In this document: positions 13,344-25,819 of the stretch, one piece after another
How positions within the stretch are numbered: position 1 is the first letter of the stretch
How the letters are laid out: every line of letters starts with the position of its first letter
NCBI GenBank assembly: GCA_030704615.1
Contig: CM060731.1
Coordinates: 18,972,001 to 19,036,000, forward strand
DNA length: 64,000 nt
Reading direction: 5' to 3'
Source of the DNA: Takakia lepidozioides
Taxonomy: Eukaryota; Plantae; Bryophyta
Position numbers and translations under genes: made by a program
The notes under the pieces: model-generated
Told to the model about the DNA's origin: nothing
What the model saw: only the letters and a program-made list of their open reading frames with translations
Databases searched by the model: none

Positions 13344-14369
13344 ATGGAGCTTCCACCGCTCGTTTCTTCCCTGATCATCAGAGGCCTTCCTCCTCGACAG
13401 CAGAGCATGTTTGCAGTTGAAGCCGAGGAACGCCTGCTGAAATTTGCGGAGCGCTGGCAGATCAAGTCGTTTGAATCCTATATTCGTCTTTCCATCTCGT
13501 GTGTCAGCTTTTTGTTCAGCGGAGCCGTCAGTTGTGATCATTTGGTATCCGTCGCTCTGATAACTGCCCTCACGTTCATCATAGATGATCTTTTGCTTGA
13601 TACGCCAAACGACTTGCTCCTCGAGGAGTATGGCATCCATCGCAGCGTCCGGGAGAGCCATCACAAAATCGGCGAGTGCCTCAACAACTTGAACCTCCTC
13701 TTCAGGCAACAAGAGCCTCCGCGCGATCCCACTCCGATCGAGGGGATAATGTGGGAAGCGGGTCAGGACGTGAGACGCTTGTCCAGCCCGGAATGGCTCA
13801 ATTATTTTGCAGACTCTGTCATTCTGCACCACAGAGCGGGCGTTGCCAGCCCTGCCGACATTGCATACGACCGCTCATATTTGCAAGACTTAGATTCTTA
13901 CACCCAACTGCGCGCCTGGAACTTTGGAAGCTTGTTTGTTGTGAATATGGTGGAGTTCAGCAAGAACGCCTTTCTTCCAGACGAGGCCCGCACGCTACCC
14001 TTTATCCAACAGCTGAACAACGCGGCCGGCATGCATGCAGCTTTCGTCAACGATATTTTCTCCTACTACAAGGAGGTGCAGGAAAACAACCCGCGCAATC
14101 TAATCATGGTGTTGATGCAAACTGAAGGCACACCGCTACCCCAAGCTGCGTGGAGAGCCGTGGATGTGGTGAACTCGTACGCTCGTGTCGTCCTGGAGCT
14201 GGAGACGCAGTTGGCCGTGTGGGACGCGGAACCTTGGGCCTATGCTCTGCGCAGCTATGTGGAAGGTTTGAAGGAGCTCATGACTGGCAGTGTTTACTGG
14301 CACAGCATATACAAGCGCTACCGGCATCCTGACTCAGTTTTCCCAGAGCTCAGGGCCATCACCAGTTAA
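13344..14369 (+). CDS. Microbial terpene synthase-like protein (MTPSL; class I terpene cyclase, alpha-domain only), intronless, 341 aa
   Basis: Aspartate-rich motif FIIDDLLLD, NSE/DTE motif NDIFSYYKE, C-terminal WHSIYKRY (WxxxxxRY). Length ~340 aa with no beta/gamma domains. Confidence 0.9.
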   Translation: MELPPLVSSLIIRGLPPRQQSMFAVEAEERLLKFAERWQIKSFESYIRLSISCVSFLFSGAVSCDHLVSVALITALTFIIDDLLLDTPNDLLLEEYGIHRSVRESHHKIGECLNNLNLLFRQQEPPRDPTPIEGIMWEAGQDVRRLSSPEWLNYFADSVILHHRAGVASPADIAYDRSYLQDLDSYTQLRAWNFGSLFVVNMVEFSKNAFLPDEARTLPFIQQLNNAAGMHAAFVNDIFSYYKEVQENNPRNLIMVLMQTEGTPLPQAAWRAVDVVNSYARVVLELETQLAVWDAEPWAYALRSYVEGLKELMTGSVYWHSIYKRYRHPDSVFPELRAITS

Positions 14370-14557
14370 CTACAAGATCCCTTTTGCATGCAATACATGA
14401 GCTCTAGAGCAATTAAGCTCCAGATCAACAGAGAGAATATTAAACTGAAGACCTTAGTCATTTACTAGTCAATGATCACTGACGATGATATTTCACTACC
14501 GAGGCAGCTGAAGAAGCAAGTGATGACTTTAAAGGTCCTATGTCGAAGAAGGTGATC

Positions 14558-14889
14558 TGTTGTAGGGAAATATTGCTGAGTACGGTATGAGGTTGGTTGC
14601 TAGATATGGGTACAGCTTCTTGTTACGTAGGGAATTATTAGCGCAGGCATGATTAGTGTGCTTGCATGATCTTGGGAAGTAGTGAGGTTGCAGCTTCTTG
14701 TTACGTAGGGAATGATTAGCTGCATGATTAGTGTGCTTGCATGATCTTGGGAAGTAGTGAGGCGAGTAGTGAGGTTGCAGTATGTAGCCTGTGAGTCGCT
14801 CACAGTTGAGGTGTGTCTGTAATGTGATCACGTGAGCGCCTCACATGAGTATTATGTAAGCAGTGATCAGCAACTAATACATTCCCCCT
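14558..14889 (-). mobile_element. LTR (TG...CA, 14558-14881) with adjacent polypurine tract; remnant of an LTR retrotransposon 3' end
   Basis: TGTTGTAGG...TAATACA termini. On the minus strand AGGGGGAA (14889-14882) directly precedes TGTATTAG. Contains an internal ~75-bp tandem repeat. Confidence 0.55.
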
Positions 14890-17800
14890 ATTATGTGTGT
14901 ATCAACGGTGTTTGGGATAAGTATGCTGCATACATTACTTCAATATGATCAAGGGACAAACCCCTTGCATGGGAAGTTAGTGGATCTGCTCCAGAATAAG
15001 GAAGATCAATTAGTCATGAACTATAACCAAATGCACTGTCCAAGAGACGGCAGCTGAAGTAATCAAATGATGATTGTAAAGGTCTTATGAAGAAGGCTCG
15101 AAGAAGGTGATCATCAAAGGAAGCTTGACAGTTTAAGTCCAAGTGGTTGGGGTGTCGGCGATGGGAAGAGGTGCGGCGGAAACTCCAGAGCTTCCCAAGA
15201 GAGGGTTTTGAGACAAAAATGCAGGCCTTGGTGGAGGAGGGTGAGGCCGAACTCCAGGCCTGGATATTCCCAGTGTCATTCCACCTTTGTTTGGAGGCAG
15301 ACGCTCTCTTCCCTTTGGTGGCTCTCTTCCTTTTGTCACTGTTTCCAAAGTTGCAGGAGTCAGTCTACTGCACACAATTCAGCAGTGGCTAAGTATTGGA
15401 GTCCTCATACCTTCTATGAAATCACGGATATCAAGCTCAAGAAGGTAGTTGATTTTTGACGCTGTGTGCTGTGTATAATATAGGTAGACCGGTTGAGATT
15501 TTGTGACTGTAACTCTTGTCGAATGCGACTCAAGGTATTCGTCTTCGCCGCTTTCGCAAGCAATCCATTATAAGCAATTCATAAGCTCAAATGCATGAAG
15601 ACCCCTGTAAGAGAACTTATTTTCTATCATATCACTGAATCTCTTCCTCGTACTTCTTGTTCGCTATCGACAAGTCTAGATCCATGTCGATATATAAGTT
15701 GCACGCGCATCAGGGCGGGAAGATTGTTGTACGATTATCCGCGAAACTTCTACCTGGTTTCTTCAGCTAGTGCTCTTCAAGTAGTGCTGGCGCAACAATC
15801 CGTCTCGTCGTTGGAGGATCAGCATTTGGATGATAGTGCTTACGAGCGAGCATTCTGATATCCATTGCGTGTACTTCATCTATTTGGACTGAGAATGTGT
15901 GCGGCTGAACACTCAATCAGTTATTATATTATTATCTGTGTCTGGCAAATGACCATAATTTTGGTACACAGAACATCCTGGGGAGTCAAAAAAATGGACC
16001 TGGGGTTTAGTGTTTACCTCATTTGACCTACGTGACTCGCTACGTGATAGAATTTCAGCCTCCATTGTCTACTTGCAGGATGCAGGACATGGAGTTGCAT
16101 GGGAGTTTAGTATGGGAGGCAGGCAAGTATGGCCTTCTGAAATTTGGCCTTGTGTTTTTGAGGACAGATACTCTCTCATCGTCTGGTATGGTGGAACTCG
16201 AGTGGGGCACCTCCATAGTGTCTCTCAGTCACTGACTTGGATTCAGCACAATATTCTCAGTCAGGGATTTGATGCTCCACTGACCTACAATCTGGATGGC
16301 TGCGTTGGAAGGCATTTGCATAGTGATTCGTGTACTTTGATGAACTTCTATACGATCCTTACCACCGCTTTGGGCTTTCTATAGAAGCTGTTGTTTTCTG
16401 TACCTTTTGGAAGTAGTGTAACCTTTATTTAAAAGCATGAACCTCAGCCTGTATTTGAAGTATGGGCAAGCCCAATTGTAAAGTTGCATTAAAACCTGAT
16501 TAAAACTGACACAAAAGGTACTGCTTGGTCTATTACTAGTGCAAAGTGCTATCAATCTATTACTCGTGGATATAATCCAACTGTGAGGCTCCTTGTACAG
16601 GTGAGCAGGCTGGAAAGCTGCAGAGAATTGGTACTGGTGCAAACAGGCGGTGTTGGAAGTACATACAGGAGGAGGTTGCACAACCTTGGAAAACTGTATG
16701 AGGATTTCAGAAAATTTATGAGCAAGTATGATAGGCACATTGACTCTGTGGCAAGCTTTTGGCACTGGTTTGTGGGAACTTGCAGGCCCACCCCAGACAC
16801 TGGCAGAATCTTACATGACATGCTCGAGGTGGGCTCCAACAGTACGAATGTGGCTGAAGAGGGGGCACCTTTGCTGGTCGCCATCAGGAATTTGTTTCGA
16901 AGTCTGGGTGTCCTGGTGCAGAGAAGACATTAACAGTGTGGGGTGACCACACTCCTAGAGCTTTGCATTCAGTCATTCAGCATGTTCTTTATGTACATGT
17001 ACCAAGCTGAGCAAGATGTTATTTAATTGGGAAATGCGGACTCTTTACAAATGTGAATACAGTGAAGATGTGATTTTTTCTCAGTGGGTGTGTGGATCAG
17101 CATGCAGAAGCTTGTGGAGGCTCGCCATAGATTGTGGCTTTACTCAAGTCGGCTTTGCATTCTGTAGCTTTTTTTCAAGGGTATTTGAGGACAGCGCATT
17201 CTGAAGTGTGGCAGGAAAAAACGGGAACGACTCTAGCTGTTCTGCCTCCCAAGTGTTATGTGATGAAATTAAGCACATGCACTTTGGAAGATAGAGAGTG
17301 TGTCCAAATGTTGCATAGTGAATAAACTTCACATACTTCCTAGATTCACCGGCTCATCTTTCGTAGATGAATGGAGCCAGAAGGTGTGGTAAGGCAATTG
17401 CTAGTACACGATTGTTGAACCCATGACACTAGAGAATGGCCTGGTGGCAAGCCCTTATTTCCCCAGGTAGGACCCGTGCACATCCATGCTATCAAGCTTC
17501 TTGTCAGGCATAACATTGTTTTGGCAAGTTCATGCCAGGAGTGAATGTCCTTGATTTTTTGTTTTTCACTGTTAGTTAGTCTGTGAAGTAGTCTTCACTT
17601 GAGTGTTAATCTTTCTATCAAATTATAGGGTCACTATTTGTCATGACAAAATAGCGTCCCAGTAGATGCTCCCAGGAACACTCATCTGACGATGCTGATG
17701 CTTTAGGACAGGGTAACGGTGACTATTCACCCAAGAGCTTCACCACTTGTGTAAGCACATGCTGGGTCAAGCGCACCGCTGTAGGCGCAATTCAAAATGG

Positions 17801-20800
17801 GTCAAGAAAATCCGCCTTCGGCCTGGCCTCTGAAGGTCACTTTCGGCCTGAGCGGGGTTTTTAGGGCTCGAAGCGGCACTCCTCCGCCTACCCGTGTGTG
17901 GGGGCAAGAGAGAAGGTACTCATAATAGGTTGTTTGCCGTGGCTTGTGGCCATTGACCCCGCACTCAGTTTGAGGGGAACAAAAAGGGACAGAAACTCCC
18001 TTTGTCAGGGGCTGACACCGGTAGTATGACTTACCTTGGAACAGATGATTGATCCAAGTTTTCCAGATATCCTCTAGAAATCCCTTACACAAGCATCAAT
18101 GGATCAGCACTTTCTCATAGTAATTGACTGCTAGCTGCACTAGGCCCACATGGTGCTCGGGCTAAATTGTAGTTTGATTCCTGCAGTGACACCAATGGAG
18201 CTATTAGTAAAAGCCAAACCTTGGGAGGCCCTTGCTGTAACTTAAGCATAATGTAACCTAAACAGCACTACCAAGTCTAGGGGTAATCATACCAACCTGA
18301 AGGTCTTGCTGGGCAATCCTAACAAATTAACCCTGGGGAACAAAACCAACAACCATTCGATCTAGGTATGGCTCCCACAGATCGACCTCGAGGTATGTCT
18401 CAAGGTTACTGAAGTCATTCTATGTTAGAATTTCACCAAGAGAGCTGAATAGAACAAACACAAAACTAGTAATAAATGCTGGGCCAGATGGAAAATCGAT
18501 AAGAGTATGCACCTGGCTGTATTTGCACAAACGCTGATAGTTACAAAGAAATGCAAAACCTTGAAGGATAGTCTGATTGCGGTTGCTCAAGCGAAACCCG
18601 AGTGACAGGTTGATAAACGCCACCCCTGCCATACCAAGCCAATCAGCAGCAACCATTGGCCCTACAATTGAGGCCATGAGTTGGACTTGATCCTAGAAAC
18701 AAGGTGGGTGTACTAGCCAACCTTTTATTTTACTAGCCAAGAACTTGTATTACCAGACCTACTACTACCTGAAGGAGAAATTTAATATGACCACAACAGA
18801 GGAGAGAGAAACTTAATAACAGCTTCAAGTCCATAATCGATCCACTCCTAGTTGGTAGAACTTCGTGCTGGTTGCTGGTGCGCAGTTGGTCTTCGTTACC
18901 CTTCCAGACTCATACTCTCTCTAACCCCAGACGACATCTTACGTATTGAGGACATTTTTGCGTGTGTCTGGTGATTTGAGCCTGGGTGCTACATCTTCTG
19001 AGAGGGTGGTTTGATTCCCCTTGGTTGGCTGTACTTGGTGTTTCTGCTGTCTGTTGATCCTGCCAGGTCATATCTTCCCATCTTCCGGTATGTACTACGA
19101 ACCCAATCTCAATGTCACCAAGACAACTTCACAACGGCAGGTATGTACCAATACAGAGACTGATGAAGGGGTCTTCGGGCTGCAGTTGAAAAGCTTGCAA
19201 GTACTCGCGCAGGGCTCCTTGGGGCTGGCTTATCATGGCAAACTGGTGACCTGAAATACATCTTGCTGACTCTCTGCCCTAACAGAAAGAGGAAAGGAAC
19301 CAGGAGACTACGTAGACCAATATATCACAGTGCCAATACAATACCCAGAGCTTTGAAATATTTTTCTGCCATGTCAGAGGGCATATCCTGAAATGATGTT
19401 ATTGATGTATTGAAGAAGTGCCATGCCATTATTTAAAATTTGAACTTGTAAGTACCAGTGTTGTGCGGGTATATTCATGTCATATACCCTCAGGTATATT
19501 GACAAATCATTTACCCTCCCAGGGAACACACTAGACATAGGATGGGAGTTGAATGCGCGTGCCAGCCTGCCGGTACGGTCGCCGGGCTTGTCGGAGCCGA
19601 CGCCCTTGGCGGGGCCCGCGGTCAAATCCCTGCGCCGTGCCGTTATTGCCTGTATTATAGTTCTAGCGACCACCGAAGGGCGGAAGCTAGTTTAGCGTAG
19701 AGCAGGAATAGGGTGCCATAGTGCCATGTCCTCGTCGCCACGTTTCGTAAACACGTCATCGTCGTCATCAATTTTCTTGGAACCTGCCCGAAATGCCCCA
19801 AAATAACCAGGATCGGAGGTGTGCATGAACACTCTGCCTGCGAAGCATTGCTGCAAGATCGCTCTCGAAGGAAGAGATAGATGCGCGTTCCGATGGCAGG
19901 AGGGCTGGTGAGGTCTGGTATTTCTGCTACCAAGTCCATAGCCAGGGCTGATTCTGCTTCTTCTCTGCCCCAATGGCGTGTCTCCCGCTACCCAAATTTC
20001 GATGGGCGTTGAAGTCTGGCGGGCGCATGATGTCACACCGATAGGCTTCGGGAAGGTAAGAACTCTTCCCACAAGGGTATCTTGCAGTTGGAGCTGATAA
20101 TCATCTTTCTTTCAAACGATATCAAGGGGGTGATGTATGGGTTTAGATTTTCCACTTGTTGCCAACAGTTCACTGCCCTGACTCAAGTCATTGATTTCAA
20201 AGGTGATTGTGAAAAGATAAGTCTTTTCTATCGAACATGTTACAACGCGCATGTGCCAAGGCTCCACCCTTAGACATCTAGCATAGCTTGAGGGTTCTTT
20301 GTTGAGTTGGATTTGGGGTTTCAACCCCACCAGGTTATGAAGAAGTAGGCAAGCCCTTGTGTTGTTTTTGAAACTCCTCTAACAGGGTTCAGCATTGGTT
20401 TTCTTGGAATCAGTCATGGGATTGCGGGGCAGTGGAAACCACCAGAGGGGAGGCGAGGTTTATGGACAGGGTCATGACTGAGGAGGGACTTTGGAGGTGC
20501 AGATAAATGAGTGGCCTCAACTGAGTTACATTCACCAAAGAAATTGCGAACACAATGCACCTCATCGGCCATGTGGGCTGTGACATGGAGATCAATTACT
20601 TGCATACTGAATAAGTGTTGGTGAAATCCAGCCTTGCTCTGCCAAAGACTTATCCTAAAACCTGATGCTCCGAGCTGGTGAGCTATTTTTGTCCTACCAA
20701 GAGGAGTAAAGAAATTCATAGAGATGGGCTCCAAGAGACGTTGCCTGGACTGATAAAGGATGTAGTTTGATTTTGCACAGCACAATAATTCTTACATGTC

Positions 20801-20809
20801 TTTGGTGGT

Positions 20810-21210
20810 CAAATTGGAGTGTGGTGGATGCACGCAAGTCTTTGACGAAATGCCTGAACGGAATTTGCTTACTTGGACTAAAATGATATCAGCATATGCC
20901 AAGTGTGGGTGTGGTAGGGAGGCTGTGGAGATCTACGGGCAAATGATGTAGGAAAGGGTGACGCCTGACAAGGTAACCTTCATTTCTGTTCTCAATGCAT
21001 GTACCGGCCTAGGAGCCCTAGAGAAAGGCAAAGTGATCCATGATGTCATTGTCAAAGCTGGAATTCAGTCAGATACGATTATGGAGACTGCCCTTGCTGA
21101 CATGTATGCCGAATGCGGGAGCATAAAGGATGCACGTCAAGTGTTTGACAATATGACTACACGAAATGTTGTCTCATGGAATGCCATGATTGCAGGCTAT
21201 GCTCAGCTGA
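20810..21210 (+). pseudogene. PLS-class pentatricopeptide repeat (PPR) gene fragment
   Basis: VFDEMPERNLLTWTKMISAYAK, VTPDKVTFISVLNAC, ALADMYAECGSIKDARQVFDNMTTRNVVSWNAMIAGYAQ. In-frame TAG near 20949; no start or E/DYW tail. Confidence 0.85.
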
Positions 21211-21994
21211 CCTGAATCGGGAGGGGGTTGACTTTTCTGGAAGTATCGACGCTGAGCGGACCAGGGCCCAGGAGGAGAAAACTATTGCTAGAGAGTTGAG
21301 GGTTTCTGCATTGAGATTCCGTTTCGCAACATTAGGGAGATGGAGGGTTGCCAAGAAGAGGGAAGCCATTAGACTTATAGAGTAGAGCTCTTGGGGACAT
21401 AGCATCAGGACAAAATCATGTTATTGTCACTTGTGTGTCCATGAGAGTGATTATCTTTGTTGTTCTACCAAAACCAATGTAGTCATGCCACAGGTTAGGG
21501 TCTCCAAAAAACCAACAGCAGGCATCAGTATTGAAAATAGGGTTGATCGAATGTGAACACACATCTGAGGAATACTCACACACTATCTAACCCAATTCAT
21601 TTTACAACTCAAAACATTTGCAGAACCCAATCAGTGGGGCCGCGAAAAGATTGGATAGGTGAGAAATGCATCGACGAATTGAATATATCATCAACTCTGT
21701 AGACAGCTCCATGTTGCTCTAATAATCGGGCGGCTAGCTGTTGTTGTTTCTATTGTCTAGCGGGGCTCTCTTCCTAGTTACTAACTAACTACTTACAAAA
21801 TTTGTTGCTTGGGATGATATCGAATGGACTTAAGAGATACTCTGATGAATATAGTCAATAATCATCAATGGCCAAATCACTGCATATTCATATTTAACAC
21901 CAGATTGGATGTTGAATTGCAGTCAGAAGGTAAGCGTACTTACATACAGTTACTTACAGTTTAATATGTTTCGTAAATTTGGCCCACAGTGCCC

Positions 21995-23413
21995 CTTTAC
22001 CTAATAATAGTCTTGGTCGAACACCGCCAAATAATCTTGCCACCTAAGTTGTTTTGGGGACAACTTGGGCTGCGTGGCAAAATACTTCACCGTGACATTG
22101 TCCGTGAACACCTTCACTGGGTTGGAACCAACATAGTGGCGCCAAAGCTCAAGACAGTGCACCACCGCCTTCATCTCTTTCTCGTGCGTCGGCCACCGTC
22201 GCTCCACTTCATTCAGTTTCTTACTTTCGTAAGCCACTGGACGTCCATCTTGCATTAGTACACCCCCAATTGCGAAGTCCGACGCATCTGTATGAATCTC
22301 GAACGGACGATCGAACTCCGGGATTTTCAGGACTGGAGCTTCCGCCATCCGCTGCTTCAATTCAGCAAAAGCTTGGCCACAAAAGGTGTTCCATGCCCAG
22401 ACTTTGGATTTACACAGAAGGTCTGACAGCGGCCCCGCGATCTTGGCAAAATTTCTCACATACTTCCGGTAATAGGAGGCGAGTCCTAGGAAGGATCGCA
22501 CTCCCGAGACCGAAGTCGGAGGCTCCCAGTCCAAGATTGCCCTCACCTTCCTGTCATCCATTCTGATCTCATCCTGTGTAATCACATGCCCCATGAACTC
22601 CACTTTTGTGACCCTGAATTCGCACTTTGAAGCTTTGGCATACAGCTTCCCTTCCCGTAATTTCTGGAACACCCTTTTGAGGTGCTCCAGGTGCTCCTCC
22701 TTTGTTTTCAAATACACCAAGATGTCATCGATGTACACGATCACAAACTTATCCAACCATTCCTGGAAAAGGCTGTTCATCAGCGTGTTAAAGGTCGTGG
22801 GAGCGTTGGTGAGTCCAAAAGGCATCACCAAGAACTCATATGAACCATACCTTGTTCTACACGCGGTCTTCTCCTCATCTCCTTCCGCCACTCAAATTTG
22901 ATGATAGCCGGAGCGCAGATCGATCCGGCTGAAATACTTCGCTCCTGCCAACCGATCGAAAAGGTCGTCGATCCTTGGCAAAGGGTACCGGTTTTTGATA
23001 GTCACCTTATTCAAAGCCCTGTAATCGACACACATCCGCAGCGTCCCATCTTTCTTGTCTGCAAATAGCACCGGGGCTCCGTAAGGTGACTTACTCGGCC
23101 AGATGTACCCCTTTGACATTAGATCTTTGAGCTAAGTCTTCAGCTCGACCAACTCTCTGTGGCTCAACCGGTAGGGCGCCTTGGCAGGCGGCGGTTCTGA
23201 TCCCGGTATCACCTCAATCTTGTGGTCAACTCCTCTTCGCGGTGGCAAGCCGCTTGGTAAATCCTCCGGCATCACATCCTGGTATTTCTCCAAAATCCCC
23301 TTGATCCAATCTGGGCTCGTCTCTCCATCACCTTCTCCCTTCACTTCTCTAATGTAGAGCAAAAACTGGGGCTCGTGTGCCTCCTCCACGGCCCACTCCC
23401 TTGCTGACAGAAG
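21995..23413 (-). mobile_element. Outer Ty3/gypsy element, pol part (RT-RNase H), 3'-truncated before integrase
   Basis: [60 protein letters not shown]. One in-frame stop at 22892-22894. Confidence 0.95.
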
Positions 23414-23926
23414 TGTCGTGCGCATACATATCGCTACACAACTACATCGCTGTCCAAACCACACCACACATATATGCACAATAAAGTAGTCTGCCACAAT
23501 AACGAACACACTGGTTACACAAAACATGAAAACCAAACCATCACTCTTTAAAACAGTAGTCGAGCCAGGGGCACCCCAAGCTATGGGGACTCCACCCCAC
23601 AACAACCTACACTCCCATCATGAGTACACTCAGACCTAAACGCATGCAGGAGTTCGGTCGCGCAGGCTCAACTCGAGAAAGATGAGCCGCGCGACTGCCG
23701 CTCTCGTGAAGATAAGACGGACCAGGTGTCAAACTAAACTTGACACCTGATTTAACACTTGACCTAAATCCAAGTGTTAAATACAAATAACTAGTTTTAT
23801 TCTAGCTGTTTTCACACTGTGCTTATTTAACTTGACAGCTGTCGTGCGCATACATATCGCTACACAACTACATCGCTGTCCAAACCACACCACACATATA
23901 TGCACAATAAAGTAGTCTGCCACAAT
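23414..23926 (-). repeat. 3' terminal block A-gc-B-A (A = 87 bp, two identical copies; B = 337 bp)
   Basis: Direct sequence comparison. Palindromic junction GACAGCTGTC at 23834-23843. Confidence 0.95.
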
Positions 23927-23934
23927 CGCCCCCT
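23927..23934 (-). other. Putative polypurine tract (AGGGGGCG) immediately 5' of the inner A repeat
   Basis: Purine run abutting repeat A; same position in the second copy (47415-47423). Confidence 0.65.
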
Positions 23935-24183
23935 AGCTGGTGGATAGGTCCCTCTACCTCCAGATAGCTACAAGATGTAATAGCCACAGCCGTACTAAGT
24001 CCTCTATCACTGTCCCTATTGTACTCAAACTCTATAGACCAAGAGGCCGGGTACAAGAGTAGCCCCATCGTTAGTCGCCGTCTTGCAATCTATGAACTTG
24101 AGCCAAGATCTCGTGTGTTCAAGGTCTCCTAGTAGCTGGGTCTTGCGTTTCTTGTTAACCTCCCATGGTTGTATCCACTCCCA

Positions 24184-25500
24184 CTATCCAATGCAATGTG
24201 GACATAACCAATCCCCATCCGGAACCATCTCAAGAGGTGGAGTCAAGCATCCCATATGCCAACCTCTAGAGCACCGATCACATACCAGCATGGTGGCTGC
24301 CCCTTTAGCAGACCCACACAACATGCACCTCAAACCTGCAGATACCACTGCCAGGTTTGGGTCAATCCTGCCATCGACATTCGGAAGGTGACATGGCGCA
24401 CAATTACGCACATGGTCCTTCCAAGTGATGCCATCCCGACCCTCCAAGACCAAGACGCCTGAGGGCAAGACCTCTCGAACCCTCAAAATAACACGTCCTG
24501 CAGTCACATCCAGGGTCGTAGGAGCAGTCTGCTGCAGATAGACATAGTCACCAGGGTTGAATCTCCGAACCCCAGGACGATAGCCCCCACCACGTATGGT
24601 AGCATACCTCAACGTATCACGGTGTTGTGCAATGGCAAGGTTCTCGAAAGCCATGGGCATGACTCTCTTGAACAACTCTGCACGCTGCTCACATGCACGT
24701 GCCCACACGTCCGGATCGTCAAGGTTAAGAACTGTAGCAGCTTCTCTGCGAATGGATGTAGGCAAATCCGGCTCTCGGCCAAAGAGAAGAAAGTATGGTG
24801 AGAAAGAGGCAAGTGATGCTTGCTTGCTGAACCTGTAGCCCATGGCTAACCAGGGTAACTGAAGGTCCCAATCTCCTAGGTGTCCCTTCTGCAAGCCATA
24901 CTTGCGCAAACCCCTCTTTACTGTCTGAACAACTCTCTCTGCTAAGCCATCAGCTTCAGGATGATCCCGAGAAGTGGTGCGGTGGTCTATCAAGGCTTTG
25001 TCACACAAAGCCTGAAACTCCCCAAGAACTCTCTCCCTTGGTCCGTGAGTACCTCAGCTGGAGCACCGAATCGGCTAAGCACACAATCCAGGAATGCATA
25101 CGCAGCTCCCTCACTAGCCTTATCAGGCAATGGAACCAATTCAATCCACTTGGAGAAGTGCTCCACCATCACCAACACGTACTTGTTGTGGCGCATGGTC
25201 AGTGGCAACGGCCCTGCGAAGTCAAGACTCCACCTGTAGCCCAATCCCATGATCGGAAGAGGGTGCAATTGTGGAGTAGGGGCGTTGAATGAAGCACGCA
25301 CCCTGTCACACACCATGCACCTAGCCACAAATTGTTGCACCTCTGTGTGCATACCACGCCACCAATACTGCCCCTGCAGTAGACTATGAGTGCGTCGCAC
25401 CCCAAAATGCCCCAACTCCTCATGGGCATGCCGCACTAACCGGGCCCGCTGTGTTGGGTGAGGCACAATCCTCACTCGACCATCCTCCCACACTCGGAGC
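24184..25500 (-). CDS. Integrase (HHCC zinc domain, DDE core) with C-terminal PHD finger; one frameshift near 25000
   Basis: HEELGH...CMVC; WSLDFAGP, LTDQGREF, DGLAERVV; PHD CMLCG...CDRCSRGWHMGCLTPPL...WLCPHC (C4HC3). Confidence 0.93.
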
Positions 25501-25819
25501 AGGTGTGTCCCCTCCCACCTGAACCTCTTGGCTCGTTGTAGGATCCGATCCCTCTCCTTGGCAGTCATAGTGGCTGCCGTGTCTCCACTGCGGAGGTAGT
25601 CCAACACAACTGAATCCTCATGTATATCTTTGGCGCCACCCTGCTCATTGCTGGCCTCAGGGTCCTCAGACACTTGATCTACAGTCATCCCTGTTGTAGG
25701 TCCAACCTGGCCTTCCGCTGCCAAGATACACAGAAATGCAGATGCATGCCATCCGGGCACCATCTCCTCGTCCGTCTCACCATGCCACCGAGCTCCAGTG
25801 TCATCCTGCTGGCTCGTGC

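Noticed and set aside
13344-14369. Bacterial or fungal contamination
   Set aside because: The gene is contiguous with a spliced plant iPGAM gene and plant TE remnants, and MTPSL genes are established in non-seed plants.
19540-20072. GC-rich minus-strand frame with KKIDDDDDVF, possibly a glycosyltransferase fragment
   Set aside because: A single short motif with no supporting context; cannot be assigned.
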